Assembly (NCBI GenBank): GCA_028713535.1
Contig: JAQTOC010000001.1
Location: forward strand, 49,573 to 113,572
DNA length: 64,000 nucleotides
Direction: 5' to 3'
Source: Candidatus Nanoarchaeia archaeon
GTDB lineage: Archaea > Nanobdellota > Nanobdellia > SCGC-AAA011-G17 > JACPNG01
The notes under the pieces: generated by a model
Told to the model about the DNA's origin: nothing
Database searches by the model: none
What the model saw: only the letters and a program-made list of their open reading frames with translations
Made by a program: the position numbers and the translations under genes
Part shown: piece after piece, positions 7,925 through 18,218 of the stretch
Position numbering within the stretch: position 1 is the stretch's first letter
How the letters are laid out: each line of letters begins with the position of its first letter

Positions 7925-10900
7925 ATTTTGTTTTTCCTTCTCCTGTAAAATCTGTATGCTATGAACAAAATAAATGCCATTGCTACCAATTCAAGCAAGA
8001 ACAATGGAAGGTTTTCTCCTGACAATCCAGTTGGTTTTTGTGCCTGTTCTTTTTCTTGCAAAGTCAAGACTATTTCCTTGCAGCCTTCTATTCCCTGCCT
8101 TGTCAATTCCATTGCCTGGGAGAATCTTCCTGTTGCTAATTCCATGTCTGCCTTGTTTATGTATTCCTGCAATTCCAAACATTCTGGATTTTCATTTAAC
8201 ATGTCTTTTAAGTACCTTAATTTTTCTTTTACTAACTGCTTGTCTTCCAAACCAAACTCAAGAAGGCTTACGAAGAATTTAATCGAGTCTGTTACAGAAG
8301 GATCAGACACTATTGCTTTTACAGTTATGTCTCTTTTTCCTTCTTTTGTATCCTTGTCTGTGATTATCTCCAAATCAACGTCAACTTCTTCTCCAGGGGA
8401 AAGCTTGTCTATTTTGATTTTATTCAAGTTTAGAGTTATGTCTTTTGTTGAAGCAGAAGCCTCAAGATTTATGTCTGACAACAAAACATCGCCTGTGTTT
8501 TTTACTTTGATTGGAGTAATAATTCTTTCTCCAAGGAACAAGGAGACATCTCCAGGATGCAGTATGTCAATTGTCACATATTCTGTTGCGCCTCCACCGC
8601 CTCCTCCTCCGCCACCGCCACCAGCGCTTGGGACTGAGACTGTTGGTAAAACTGCGGAGGTTACGTTTATGCTAAAGTTGTTTGCTGCCACCTCATATTC
8701 TGAATCATTCAAGATTGCCTGAACAATTTCATAGCCAGTCCATCCTGACCTGGGGGTTATTGTTACCATGTTGGAAGTGTTGCTGACAGTTATTGTTATG
8801 TCTGTTGAATTTTTTAATTCCTCGGTTTCATTCATCTGTATAAATGTAAAGTTTAATGTTTGGTTATACCTGGCGTCACCATAATCATAATCCCTGAAAT
8901 AATCATCCAGGTTAAGCAAAGTGTAACTTGTATCCTGGTTAAAGGAAATGTTTGCAATTTCTGCGTAAAATTCAGGAGGGGCATTTACGTTGCTTACTGT
9001 CAAGTTCCAGTACCAAGAAGCCTCGTAAGTTAAATCTGAGATTATTACAGTTACATTATGGGTTCCTTCATCTGTGTAATTTGCATAATAGGTAAAGGCA
9101 TTTGACTGAGTTGATGTTATTGAAGTTACATTTAAAATATTATCAACGTACCAATTATAATACAATGCTTGGCCTGTGTCAGGGTCATTCACATAAACTG
9201 TAAAGGCCTGAGAGGCATTTTCATCTATACCTGCGATGTTTCCAGAAGGAGTTCCAAGCAAGCTTGTTACAGGATCATTCACATCCGAGATATTTATTGT
9301 GAATATTCTTGAATCTTCAAGTCCAAGAGAGTCGTTGACTGTTATGTTAAGGAGCTCAATTCCGGTTTGGCTTGAATTTGGAGTAAATGTTATCTGGCCG
9401 GATGTTATGTTAATTATGAAGTTTGCCCAGGTTGTGTTTGTGTTAAAAGTAAGAGAGCCATTCTGGCCTTCTGGAGAATCTTCTTCATCTGTTGCATTTA
9501 CATCATAAACCAATGCTTCATCCTGCCTTCCTATTATCTGGTCTGTTGAAGTTATGTTTGGCCTGTCATTTACAGCATATATGCTTAAGTTAAATATCCA
9601 TTCATCTGTCAGCCCAGTAGTGTCTCTTACAGTTACATTTATGAAATGATCTCCTGCGAAAGAGTCATTTGTTGGTGTAAATAAAATTACTCCGTTTGAT
9701 GAGCCTATATCAAAGAATGACGAGTTATCCTCCCATGTCAAAACCTCCCATGTGCTGGGAATATTTAAGTCTTCATCTGTTGCATTAAATATATATGACA
9801 AAGTATCGTCTTCATTCACTGTATGATTCTCCCTTGAGGTTATGTTTGGGTTATCATTAACGTTAATAACAGTAAGGTTTACTATGCCTGACACATAATA
9901 ACCAGGAAGGTCTTTCACAGAAAGGTTTATCCAGTTTTCTCCTACAGATGTGTCGTTAGGAGTTATGTTTATCTCTCCTGTTGTTTCGTTTATTGTGATT
10001 ACAGAATCATTTGAGTAGAAGAATAATGCATCATTGTCTGCATCTGTTGCATTTAATGTGAAATTAAAGTAAAATTCAATGTCTTCTGTAAGGCTGAATT
10101 CTGTATTTGGGGTAAACACAGGAGCATTGTTTGCGTAAACTGTGAGATTTATTATTACAGAATCCTCTATTCCAGTTGAATCATTCACTGTTACATTAAT
10201 CCAGTTTTCCCCTACATTGGTCAGGCTTGGGGTGAAAGATGCTATTCCTGTTGATGAGGAGATTGTTATGTAGCTTTCATTTATGCTCCATGTTAAAAAT
10301 TCAGTGGTACCTGGACTGTCTAAGTCACCGTCTGTCGCGTTGAAATCATAATACCAAGTTATTCCTTCATAACCAGTTATGTTTTCTGCTGTTGTTATCA
10401 ATGGAGCGTCATTTACTCCAATGACTGAGAAGTTTATTATTGCTGAATCTATCAATGAGCCATCGCTTACAGTTAAGTTAAGCCTGTGTTCTCCAATATC
10501 AGTATCGGTTGGAGTTACGTTTATGTATCCTGTTGAGTTTATATCCAGCCAGGTTTCATTTAAGGAAAATGTTAATGTGTTTCCATCAACGTCTGTGGCG
10601 TTGACTGTGCAATTAAAATCAACATCTTCTGTCAAAGTTTGGTTATCACATATATAATCAAGAACTGGAGCGTCATTTACATTAGAGATTATAAACCTTA
10701 CAATCTGCGAATAACAGCCGAGAGAATCGTTAATGCTTATGTTTATCTGGTGATCCCCTACTTCTGTGTTTGTAGGAGTGAAGGAAATCAGGCCTGTGGA
10801 TGGATTTATTTCAAAGAATGAAGAATTATCTTCGAAGCTATAAGCGTCGTTTTCTTCATCTGAGCCAGATACGGTGTATGTATAAGCTGTGTCTTCTATT

Positions 10901-12273
10901 AAACTTTGGTCAGGGATATTGCTAAACTTTGGGGTGTCATTCACAGGATAGACGGTTATGTTCAATGTTGCTGAATCTGAGGCTGAATCTGAATCTGAGG
11001 TAATTAAAATTGTGTTTATGCTTCCGGTTTGTGTTTCTGTTGTGCATGTCAGGTTCATTATTCCTGTATGGAAGTCTATGTCAAAACAGCTTAAGGTGGT
11101 TCCTGCAGCATAGGTGTAATTTAAAATGTCATTTGTATCTGGATCTGTTATGTTTTCTGAAAGATTATAAGTACATATCTGGTCTTCGTAACATTCCCAA
11201 GGAGGCTGTATAAATCCGCTAACGTCCTGAGTTATTACTGGAGCTGTATTTGAAATTGTAAATGTGTCATTTGCCTCCAAGGTCGTATAGACTGTATCTA
11301 CACAAGTAGCGTTAAAGTAGAATGTTCCCTTTACATTAAAGGTTCGGTTGTATTCAAATAACTGGGAAAATTCATTGAATACCATTGCTGTTGGGGTGCC
11401 ATAATCTCCTGTCAGGTTAAAATTTACACTACAAGTAGCAGTTGTATCGTTAATTGTTATCTCTCCTGTTGAGTTTGTGTAGTTTGCAAAGAAAAATGCG
11501 TTTGTTCCAGAATACAATGTGAGGGTGTCATTTTCCGGATCTGATGAATCCCAGAGTGTAAGATTGGAAGTATCAGGAAGACCTCCTGCGTATGCTGTAA
11601 AACCATAAACTGTAAATGTAACATAATCTCCATTGACTTCAAATGGAATGTCTGTTTCAACCCACTCATCACACTTAGCCTTGCTAAAATCATAGTTTTG
11701 GCAGTGATAGATTGCGTTTATTTTATCATAAGCTTTTAATGTTAGAGTTGCGTTTTCTATTGAAACTTCCTTGCTTAAAGAAAGAACTTCGGTTTTAATA
11801 AAAGATTCCTGGGGCTGGGCAACTTTTATCTTGAGATCTGGAGGGATTTTCTTTATTCCTCTGATTCTAGCTTTAGGTGTGCTATCTTTAGAATCTTTTT
11901 CCTGGTCTAGGTATAAATCAATCACATTTGTGTCTGCGGTTTTTTCTATGTTGTAACTAAGAGGCTCAGTTGATTCTATCTGTATTGGATCTGTTGCTAT
12001 TGAAAATCCTGTATATGTCTTAAAGAAGAACAAACCCAGCAAGAATATTGCGAGTATGAAAAAGACTTCAAGGCTTGGGAGTTTGTTTTGTACTACATCT
12101 TTTTTTTCATTTTCAACATCGCCAAGATAGATGTTTTTTACTTTTCCATCTGGCCCTCTTACAGATTTATACAGATATGGACCGTAGAGTTTACCACCTT
12201 TTTTTATGTATCTCTTATGAACCATCAACGACCTCTTTTTATGTAGTACAACTAAAATAAAATAGAAATACAA
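7921..12273 (-). CDS. giant (up to 1450 aa) surface protein with cadherin-like repeats, N-terminal signal-anchor and C-terminal TM anchor
   Basis: Repeated (V/I)NDAP/VNDNP/VNDRP cadherin-type motifs; TM LPSLEVFFILAIFLLGLFFF near the N-terminus; Gly12 linker; C-terminal TM LPLFLLELVAMAFILFIAY + RRRKNKI; many N-x-S/T sequons. Alternative start ATG at 12225 (MVHKRY...). Confidence 0.8.
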   Translation of the reverse strand: MYFYFILVVLHKKRSLMVHKRYIKKGGKLYGPYLYKSVRGPDGKVKNIYLGDVENEKKDVVQNKLPSLEVFFILAIFLLGLFFFKTYTGFSIATDPIQIESTEPLSYNIEKTADTNVIDLYLDQEKDSKDSTPKARIRGIKKIPPDLKIKVAQPQESFIKTEVLSLSKEVSIENATLTLKAYDKINAIYHCQNYDFSKAKCDEWVETDIPFEVNGDYVTFTVYGFTAYAGGLPDTSNLTLWDSSDPENDTLTLYSGTNAFFFANYTNSTGEITINDTTATCSVNFNLTGDYGTPTAMVFNEFSQLFEYNRTFNVKGTFYFNATCVDTVYTTLEANDTFTISNTAPVITQDVSGFIQPPWECYEDQICTYNLSENITDPDTNDILNYTYAAGTTLSCFDIDFHTGIMNLTCTTETQTGSINTILITSDSDSASDSATLNITVYPVNDTPKFSNIPDQSLIEDTAYTYTVSGSDEENDAYSFEDNSSFFEINPSTGLISFTPTNTEVGDHQINISINDSLGCYSQIVRFIISNVNDAPVLDYICDNQTLTEDVDFNCTVNATDVDGNTLTFSLNETWLDINSTGYINVTPTDTDIGEHRLNLTVSDGSLIDSAIINFSVIGVNDAPLITTAENITGYEGITWYYDFNATDGDLDSPGTTEFLTWSINESYITISSSTGIASFTPSLTNVGENWINVTVNDSTGIEDSVIINLTVYANNAPVFTPNTEFSLTEDIEFYFNFTLNATDADNDALFFYSNDSVITINETTGEINITPNDTSVGENWINLSVKDLPGYYVSGIVNLTVINVNDNPNITSRENHTVNEDDTLSYIFNATDEDLNIPSTWEVLTWEDNSSFFDIGSSNGVILFTPTNDSFAGDHFINVTVRDTTGLTDEWIFNLSIYAVNDRPNITSTDQIIGRQDEALVYDVNATDEEDSPEGQNGSLTFNTNTTWANFIINITSGQITFTPNSSQTGIELLNITVNDSLGLEDSRIFTINISDVNDPVTSLLGTPSGNIAGIDENASQAFTVYVNDPDTGQALYYNWYVDNILNVTSITSTQSNAFTYYANYTDEGTHNVTVIISDLTYEASWYWNLTVSNVNAPPEFYAEIANISFNQDTSYTLLNLDDYFRDYDYGDARYNQTLNFTFIQMNETEELKNSTDITITVSNTSNMVTITPRSGWTGYEIVQAILNDSEYEVAANNFSINVTSAVLPTVSVPSAGGGGGGGGGGGATEYVTIDILHPGDVSLFLGERIITPIKVKNTGDVLLSDINLEASASTKDITLNLNKIKIDKLSPGEEVDVDLEIITDKDTKEGKRDITVKAIVSDPSVTDSIKFFVSLLEFGLEDKQLVKEKLRYLKDMLNENPECLELQEYINKADMELATGRFSQAMELTRQGIEGCKEIVLTLQEKEQAQKPTGLSGENLPLFLLELVAMAFILFIAYRFYRRRKNKI
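8591..8627. repeat. 37-nt GC-rich segment (poly-Gly codons) identical to 13004..13040
   Basis: cctccaccgcctcctcctccgccaccgccaccagcgc present in both cadherin-like paralogs (41/42 identical with flanks). Confidence 0.85.
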
Positions 12274-12288
12274 GGTTTTTAAACATTT

Positions 12289-14595
12289 CTAAACTTTTTG
12301 GATAAGTTTACTCAGCTTCCTGTTCAGCTTTCTAATCAATCTGAGCGATCTTCTTTTGTATCTGCCTGAAACCCCGCTGTAGAGCATCTCTATCCTGCTG
12401 CAGGTTGTTTTTGCCTTGGCATATTCTTTGTTTCTTGCTGATATAATAGCATTCTTGTAAAGCTCTTTTATTTTCCTGTATCTTTCTTTTTCTGAATTGT
12501 CCCTTATTGCTGTTAATGTTGTTCCTCTTGGTTTTTTCTTTATTATGGTTATTATTGTTATGATTAATACAAGGATTATTAACAAGGCCCACCAGCTATC
12601 TTTTGGGCAACTAAAGATTTCATTCAGGCTTATTTTCCCATCACCGCAACTTGTCAATGTTTTTGGCTTTTGGATTTCAAAACAAGGCTTGCATGCTCCG
12701 CCGCAGTCAATGTCTTCCTCGTTTTGGTTCTTGATTTTATCATCACAGGTTGGGCATGGCTTGCAAATACCACCACAATCTGCCATTATTTCATTCTGGT
12801 TCTTTATGCTGTCAAAGCAGGTTTCTACAGGAACATAAATACACTCCTGTTCCTCTTTTGGCTTGTAAACAGCAGTTCCGCAGTTTTTGAAATCAGAGCA
12901 TCTTCTTGTCTGGAATCCTTTGTAGTAATTTTCTTTTATGTACAGGCCTGAGTTCTGGCAGGATGACCAATCTGAACAGACCCATGTTTCTGCACATCTT
13001 GCACCTCCACCGCCTCCTCCTCCGCCACCGCCACCAGCGCCTCCGGATGGAGTTGTTGTAACATCGTTGACTGTTACTGTCCAGGTTTTATTCACTGTAA
13101 GAATTCCGTCAGTTGCCATTGCCATGATTGTATGAATTCCTTGGGAGTTGTAGTTTGGACTGTAAGAGTACTGGTTATTTGTTTCTCCGCTTTGTGCAGA
13201 ATCATCAAAGTACCATTGGATTGAAGGAGTTGTTCCATCAGGATCACTTGAAGTTATATTAAATTCCTGGGTTGAGCCTTCGTTCATGGAAAATGAGAGA
13301 GTTGTTGGGTAGTAAGTATCTATTACAGGAGCCTGGCTTGCAGCAGTTATTGTAAATGAAATTATTTCTGAATCTTCTGCACCTTCAGTGTCATTGACTG
13401 TTATGTTTATTGAATAGGTTGCTGCACCTGAATAAGTTGCGTTTACTAATGCAGCAGTGTTATTAACAAATGTTAAGTTCATTATTGTATCATTACTAAT
13501 GAATGTTAATGGGTAATTTTCTTCCTCATCTGTTGCATAAACATAAAATTCCAGTGAATTGCCTGATTCAACTGTTTTTGAGCCTATTGAATCAAGAATA
13601 GGGGGATCATTTACATTAATTATTTCAAACAATACAACCTGAGAATCAAGTGCAGAGCCATCTACTACGTAAATTTCAACACTATAATTTCCTACATCAG
13701 AATAAGTTGGAGTAAAAAGAATTATTCCTGTTTCTTCTGCTATCACAAACAAGGAAGTATTGTCATAGAATTTTATTGCATCGTTATCAGGGTCTGTTGC
13801 GTTTACATCATATTCAAAAAGAACGTCTTCATAAAGTTCATCCCCGCTTTCTATTGTGAAGTTTGGGACTTCTGTAAGGGCTGGAGCATCATTTACATTA
13901 GTGACTGTGAAGTTTATTGTTTCTGAATCGTATAAATTAGCACTGTTTGTTACGTTTATTGTTATGTCGTAAGAGCCAACCTCTGAGTTTGTTGGAGTAA
14001 ATGAGATAACTCCGGTTATGGGATTAATTGTAAATATTGTGGAATCTGAAGCATAGGTAAGATCCAACCCGTTTGGATCTGTGGCATTGATTTCAATGTA
14101 ATATTCCTGGTCTTCTGTTGCTGTTAAGTCTCCAATTGGATCAAGGATTGGACTGTTTGAAATTATTTCAAGAATAAATTCTCCATCTATGTAAGTGTTA
14201 TTTGTATCGCATATTGTGTTGTTTGCCCAGATTGTTATTGAATGGTTTCCTTCTTGGCCTGATGCTGGAGTGAATGAGATTTCTCCACTGGTTGGATCAA
14301 TGCCGAACATGGATGAATTATCTGAATAAACTATTGTGGAACCTGCTGAAGCTGAGGTGTTAATATCATAATAAAATGCTGTCCCTACCTCTCCTGACTT
14401 ATTTTCCAATGAAGGGCTGAATGCAGGAAGTGTGGCTATGCATACTCCTACACTTCCAACTGGTTTTCCTGTTATCTGCTGTATAAAATAAGGGCTTTCA
14501 TTGATTATAGTAATTGTTGACAGAATTGTTGTTAGTATAATAGTTACATATATGAAAGCAAGTGTTTTGTTTGAATTCCACCTCATTTTTATCAT
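12289..14595 (-). CDS. 768-aa surface protein: cadherin-like repeats, poly-Gly hinge, Cys-rich stalk, C-terminal TM anchor and basic cytoplasmic tail
   Basis: N-terminal TM/signal; NVNDAPALTE and NVNDPPILD repeats; GGAGGGGGGGGGGGA; ~30 Cys in CxxC-type spacing; TM WWALLIILVLIITIITII + KKKPRG. Confidence 0.8.
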   Translation of the reverse strand: MIKMRWNSNKTLAFIYVTIILTTILSTITIINESPYFIQQITGKPVGSVGVCIATLPAFSPSLENKSGEVGTAFYYDINTSASAGSTIVYSDNSSMFGIDPTSGEISFTPASGQEGNHSITIWANNTICDTNNTYIDGEFILEIISNSPILDPIGDLTATEDQEYYIEINATDPNGLDLTYASDSTIFTINPITGVISFTPTNSEVGSYDITINVTNSANLYDSETINFTVTNVNDAPALTEVPNFTIESGDELYEDVLFEYDVNATDPDNDAIKFYDNTSLFVIAEETGIILFTPTYSDVGNYSVEIYVVDGSALDSQVVLFEIINVNDPPILDSIGSKTVESGNSLEFYVYATDEEENYPLTFISNDTIMNLTFVNNTAALVNATYSGAATYSINITVNDTEGAEDSEIISFTITAASQAPVIDTYYPTTLSFSMNEGSTQEFNITSSDPDGTTPSIQWYFDDSAQSGETNNQYSYSPNYNSQGIHTIMAMATDGILTVNKTWTVTVNDVTTTPSGGAGGGGGGGGGGGARCAETWVCSDWSSCQNSGLYIKENYYKGFQTRRCSDFKNCGTAVYKPKEEQECIYVPVETCFDSIKNQNEIMADCGGICKPCPTCDDKIKNQNEEDIDCGGACKPCFEIQKPKTLTSCGDGKISLNEIFSCPKDSWWALLIILVLIITIITIIKKKPRGTTLTAIRDNSEKERYRKIKELYKNAIISARNKEYAKAKTTCSRIEMLYSGVSGRYKRRSLRLIRKLNRKLSKLIQKV
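13004..13040. repeat. second copy of the 37-nt poly-Gly-coding segment
   Basis: identical to 8591..8627. Confidence 0.85.
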
Positions 14596-14625
14596 AACTT
14601 CATGGATTTAACTTTAAATAGCTTT

Positions 14626-15039
14626 CTAGAATCTAGTAGTTATGATTCTTAATTTAGATTGATAGGTTCCTTTTTCTGCGTTTTCAGGCACGAGAATTTT
14701 AAACTCAAGTTCTTTTAGTTCGTCTTTTTCCATCTTAAAATTGTTTTCGTTTACATAAATCCAGTTTTTCAATGTACCTTTTATTTTTATGTTCACATAG
14801 GCTTTATTGTATTCCTGGTTTGTTATCCTGATGCTTCTTGAACCACTATTTCCAGGAGGGATTGTCCCAAATGTTAAGTATGTGGTGTTTAAATCAAAAC
14901 CAAGATTTTCATTTACGTTTACTTCTATTGGTATCTCTTCAACGTCAAGGACAATATAATAATTGTAAAGAACAACCATAAAAAGAATCGTTGTAGGAAC
15001 TACTGCGATTATTAATGGGATTAGGTTACTTCTTTTCAT
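14626..15039 (-). CDS. small N-terminally anchored secreted protein
   Basis: MKRSNLIPLIIAVVPTTILFMVVLY TM then beta-rich 110 aa; overlaps upstream gene by 14 nt. Confidence 0.45.
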   Translation of the reverse strand: MKRSNLIPLIIAVVPTTILFMVVLYNYYIVLDVEEIPIEVNVNENLGFDLNTTYLTFGTIPPGNSGSRSIRITNQEYNKAYVNIKIKGTLKNWIYVNENNFKMEKDELKELEFKILVPENAEKGTYQSKLRIITTRF

Positions 15040-16135
15040 TTTTGTGTTTTACCATGTTTATAACAAAAAAGGCTATCAGCAAGATTATCACAAATATCAA
15101 AACAAAAGTAGTTATCTTTAATTTTGGATTTATAACTTCCAGCATTATTTCTTTTTCTATTGTTTTTCCATTGTAATTAACAAGAATCTTTGCTGGGTAT
15201 ATGCTTGGTTCATAATCGGTTGAATCAAAGTAAATATTTGCTGTTTTTTCCTCCCAGGAATTAATTGAGACTGGAGGGCCCCTGAAAACAGGAACATATT
15301 CCTTATCTTTTTTTACAAAAAGCTCAAGATAGGCATTTTCTATCTTTGAATTCCAGAGGTTTTTGATTTTAACATTTATTATTGCGGTTGTGTCTTTTTC
15401 TATTTTATTTATTGAAACGTCAACTATTTTTATTATTTCAGCCCATACTTTGAAAGTTGTTTCAGTGCTTTTATGGTTCTGGTCAAAGTAAATTATTGCA
15501 CTTGCCTGATAATCTCCTGGTTTAGAGGTTTGCCAGGAAGTTTTTAGTGTTTTTTCTTCATTAACATTAAGAGCTGTTGAAGGTATTTTTAATTTTGCTA
15601 TCTCTTCGTTTTGGCTTATCATTGAAATTGTTGCTTCAAGGTTTTTAATATTTTCCTTGCCGATGTTTTTTACAACAATCTGGACCGGAATCTGCCTGTT
15701 TATTTCAGAATCCTCTATTTTAATAACGCTTTCAATATATTTTCCGGGGTAAGGAACATAAGCGTAGATTTTTATTTCAACTCCGCCAATAGCTCCAACT
15801 AAACCCTGACCACCCTTGGATTCTAAGATAACAATTGAGTTTTCATTTATTCCTGGAGATAGATTTTCAGAGGAAAAAAGCCTGCATGAGATATCTTCCC
15901 ATGCATGGGGCTCAATCGTTATTTCTTTTTCAATTGTTATTGAATTATTTAACTGGCCTCTTGGCTCTATGAGAAATGTTTTTGTTTCTTCTGCATTGTT
16001 TGACAAACTAAACGTGCATGAAAATTCCTTGTTTGGCTCATAACTAATCTCCAAAGAGGGAGGCTGCACCAATATTGCAAGGGAGGGACAAGAAACAAGA
16101 ACTATCAAAATTATTATCAACCCTCTTTTTTCCAT
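15026..16135 (-). CDS. surface protein, paralog A: signal peptide, beta-sandwich-like repeats, C-terminal TM anchor
   Basis: Start taken at MEKRGLIIILIVLVSCPSLAIL; shares VGAIGG...VPYPGKY and ILVNYNGKTIEK blocks with 17001..18218; C-terminal TM FVLIFVIILLIAFFVI + KHKNEKK. Confidence 0.6.
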   Translation of the reverse strand: MEKRGLIIILIVLVSCPSLAILVQPPSLEISYEPNKEFSCTFSLSNNAEETKTFLIEPRGQLNNSITIEKEITIEPHAWEDISCRLFSSENLSPGINENSIVILESKGGQGLVGAIGGVEIKIYAYVPYPGKYIESVIKIEDSEINRQIPVQIVVKNIGKENIKNLEATISMISQNEEIAKLKIPSTALNVNEEKTLKTSWQTSKPGDYQASAIIYFDQNHKSTETTFKVWAEIIKIVDVSINKIEKDTTAIINVKIKNLWNSKIENAYLELFVKKDKEYVPVFRGPPVSINSWEEKTANIYFDSTDYEPSIYPAKILVNYNGKTIEKEIMLEVINPKLKITTFVLIFVIILLIAFFVINMVKHKNEKK

Positions 16136-16166
16136 AAGATGAAAGAAGCGATTTTGTTTATAAATC

Positions 16167-16793
16167 TTATGAGGCTGTTGCAATAAATGTAAGGGTTCCT
16201 GATTTCTGGCCTGAGAGCTCGTCATCTGGAATTGTGATGTTAATGTCAACTATTACAGAGTCAGAGTCATCTGTGAAGTTTAAAGAACATATGGCCCATT
16301 CTGAAGCTGCATTTGGGACTGGCCTCCAATCTCCAGAACTTAGACCACCAGGATAGCCCACTGAGCAGCCGTTTCCAGGAGCTGAACTTGGATAATTTAA
16401 TTCTACGTGAGTTGTGTTATACAAAAGATGTTTGCTGTTGTCAAATGTTGCTGAGCTGAACAAGCTTTCAGTTTCCTGTATTGAAATATTAATGAGAATT
16501 GAGCCGTCGTTTGTTAGATTGAAGCCACAGGCATAATCTGCTGCACAGGCATCTCCTTCAATGTTTTTTTTCAGATAAGAAACTTTTCCATCCCCTGGAT
16601 TTGAAGAGGTAAAGTTTACATCTGCATTTACAATTGAGATGCCAAGGCTTGAGTTTATTGAAATATTAACTGAACCGGTTGTGTGCCCTGTGATAATGGA
16701 GAGCTTTGGGGAGCTGGCAATGATTCCTGTTATGGAGATTCCAACTGCTAGTATAGCTAACGCCACAAGAAATTTACTGGATGGTTCTTTCAT
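16167..16793 (-). CDS. secreted Ser/Asn-rich protein with signal peptide
   Basis: MKEPSSKFLVALAILAVGISITGIIAS...; 208 aa, no C-terminal TM. Confidence 0.5.
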   Translation of the reverse strand: MKEPSSKFLVALAILAVGISITGIIASSPKLSIITGHTTGSVNISINSSLGISIVNADVNFTSSNPGDGKVSYLKKNIEGDACAADYACGFNLTNDGSILINISIQETESLFSSATFDNSKHLLYNTTHVELNYPSSAPGNGCSVGYPGGLSSGDWRPVPNAASEWAICSLNFTDDSDSVIVDINITIPDDELSGQKSGTLTFIATAS

Positions 16794-16977
16794 TTTTCTC
16801 TTTTGTCTTGTTTATTTCATTCACAGAGACCCCGATTTTTCCTGTAGGAGTTTCAATGGAATCAAATGTTTTTACATTATCCTTGTTTTTGATTGCCATA
16901 AGGGTCCCTGCTGCAGAAATTATAATTAAAACTACAAGGATTATTGCAAGAGTCTTGTTTGAAATCTTTTTTTCCAT
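16774..16977 (-). CDS. small single-TM protein
   Basis: MEKKISNKTLAIILVVLIIISAAGTLMAI...; overlaps next gene by 20 nt. Confidence 0.3.
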   Translation of the reverse strand: MEKKISNKTLAIILVVLIIISAAGTLMAIKNKDNVKTFDSIETPTGKIGVSVNEINKTKEKNERTIQ

Positions 16978-17000
16978 TTTAATTGAATTATTAAGTTAAT

Positions 17001-18218
17001 TTAAATAGTTTTTTCTATTTTGTTTTTTCTCCTTATGTATACAAACCAGGCTATGTTGATTATTATCAGGACAATTACAAGTATTGTCAGTATGGTATTC
17101 CTGCCAAGGCCTGCTGCAGCAATTGCCTCACCAGTTCCTAATGAGGAGAACCTTATTGAGCCGAGTGTAATGTAAGCTTTCATGTTTTTTTCTGTTGTTT
17201 TTCCATTGTAATTAAGTATTATTTTTGCATCATAGGTTCCTTCTTTTACAAATTCAGTGTCCCAGTAAGCCAGCAATTCCTGTTTTGACAAAGGTTCGAA
17301 GTTCACGTTTGCACTCTTGAAGTTTCCGGCTTCGTTTCCATTTTCATCAGTAATAACGACTTGGGCATAAACGTCGTTTACCTTGTCATTCCACTTGTTT
17401 TCTGCTGAGATTGTGAACTTTGCAACCTGGCCGAGCTGGAAGTTCTTGGATTCTATGCTCAATATCTCTATGAAAAGATTTCCAACGTAAAATGTTTTTT
17501 CTGCTCTTGCATACTTGCCGTCATAACTTAAAGTGGCTACTGCGTGATATGCTCCGGGATTTACCTCTGCTTTCCATTGGGAGGTTACTTCTTTCTTGTC
17601 TTTTGGATCTATAGAAATTTCATTTGTTGTTACAGTCGCGATTTTTTCATTTGTTGGCCCTAAAATATCTATTGTTGCCTTTGCCTGATTTATTCTTTCT
17701 GTTCCAAAATTCGATATGGGAATTATGAAATTAACATAGTCATTTACCTGGGCATCTGAAATTTCTAAATCTATCTTTGCATATTTTCCAGGATAGGGCA
17801 CCTTTATCTCTATGATTAATGCAACTGCTGCTGTGGCACCAACAAAAGCCTGGCCTTCTGAATTGGATGGAATCTCCAATGCAATTATTTTTAACTGGTG
17901 AGTTCCCGGCTCTTCTATCTTTTCCGGCAAAGTTAAATCAAACTTAAATTCTTTGGATTCTTCTGCTGATGACAATGAAATAATTGAATCGTACATTGTT
18001 ATTAAGTCACTTAGCTCGGATTTTTCTGCGTATAAGACAACCTGCATGTCTTTCTTTTCATTGTTTAATACCTTGAAACTGAATGTTTCTTTCTTGTTTG
18101 CTTCAAAGTCTGTTGTTATTTTACCAGGAGTTATACCTATTGCTTTTACTTCTACTGAAAATAAAATAGTCAGGATTATCAAAACCATTATTGTTTTTAT
18201 TAAAATATTTTTATTCAT
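17001..18218 (-). CDS. surface protein, paralog B: signal peptide, beta-sandwich-like repeats, C-terminal TM anchor
   Basis: MNKNILIKTIMVLIILTILFSVEVKA signal; VGATAAVALIIEIKVPYPGKY; IILNYNGKTTEK; C-terminal TM ILTILVIVLIIINIAWFVYI + RRKNK. Confidence 0.6.
   Translation of the reverse strand: MNKNILIKTIMVLIILTILFSVEVKAIGITPGKITTDFEANKKETFSFKVLNNEKKDMQVVLYAEKSELSDLITMYDSIISLSSAEESKEFKFDLTLPEKIEEPGTHQLKIIALEIPSNSEGQAFVGATAAVALIIEIKVPYPGKYAKIDLEISDAQVNDYVNFIIPISNFGTERINQAKATIDILGPTNEKIATVTTNEISIDPKDKKEVTSQWKAEVNPGAYHAVATLSYDGKYARAEKTFYVGNLFIEILSIESKNFQLGQVAKFTISAENKWNDKVNDVYAQVVITDENGNEAGNFKSANVNFEPLSKQELLAYWDTEFVKEGTYDAKIILNYNGKTTEKNMKAYITLGSIRFSSLGTGEAIAAAGLGRNTILTILVIVLIIINIAWFVYIRRKNKIEKTI

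Noticed and set aside
7961-8722. Antisense ORFs inside the giant surface genes (7961-8722, 7974-8282, 12497-12838, 12938-13135 with poly-Pro, 24037-24339, 24808-25023 and others)
   Set aside because: They lie opposite much longer, repeat-structured sense ORFs. The poly-Pro and repeated peptides are simply the reverse reading of the Gly-codon runs and tandem repeats.
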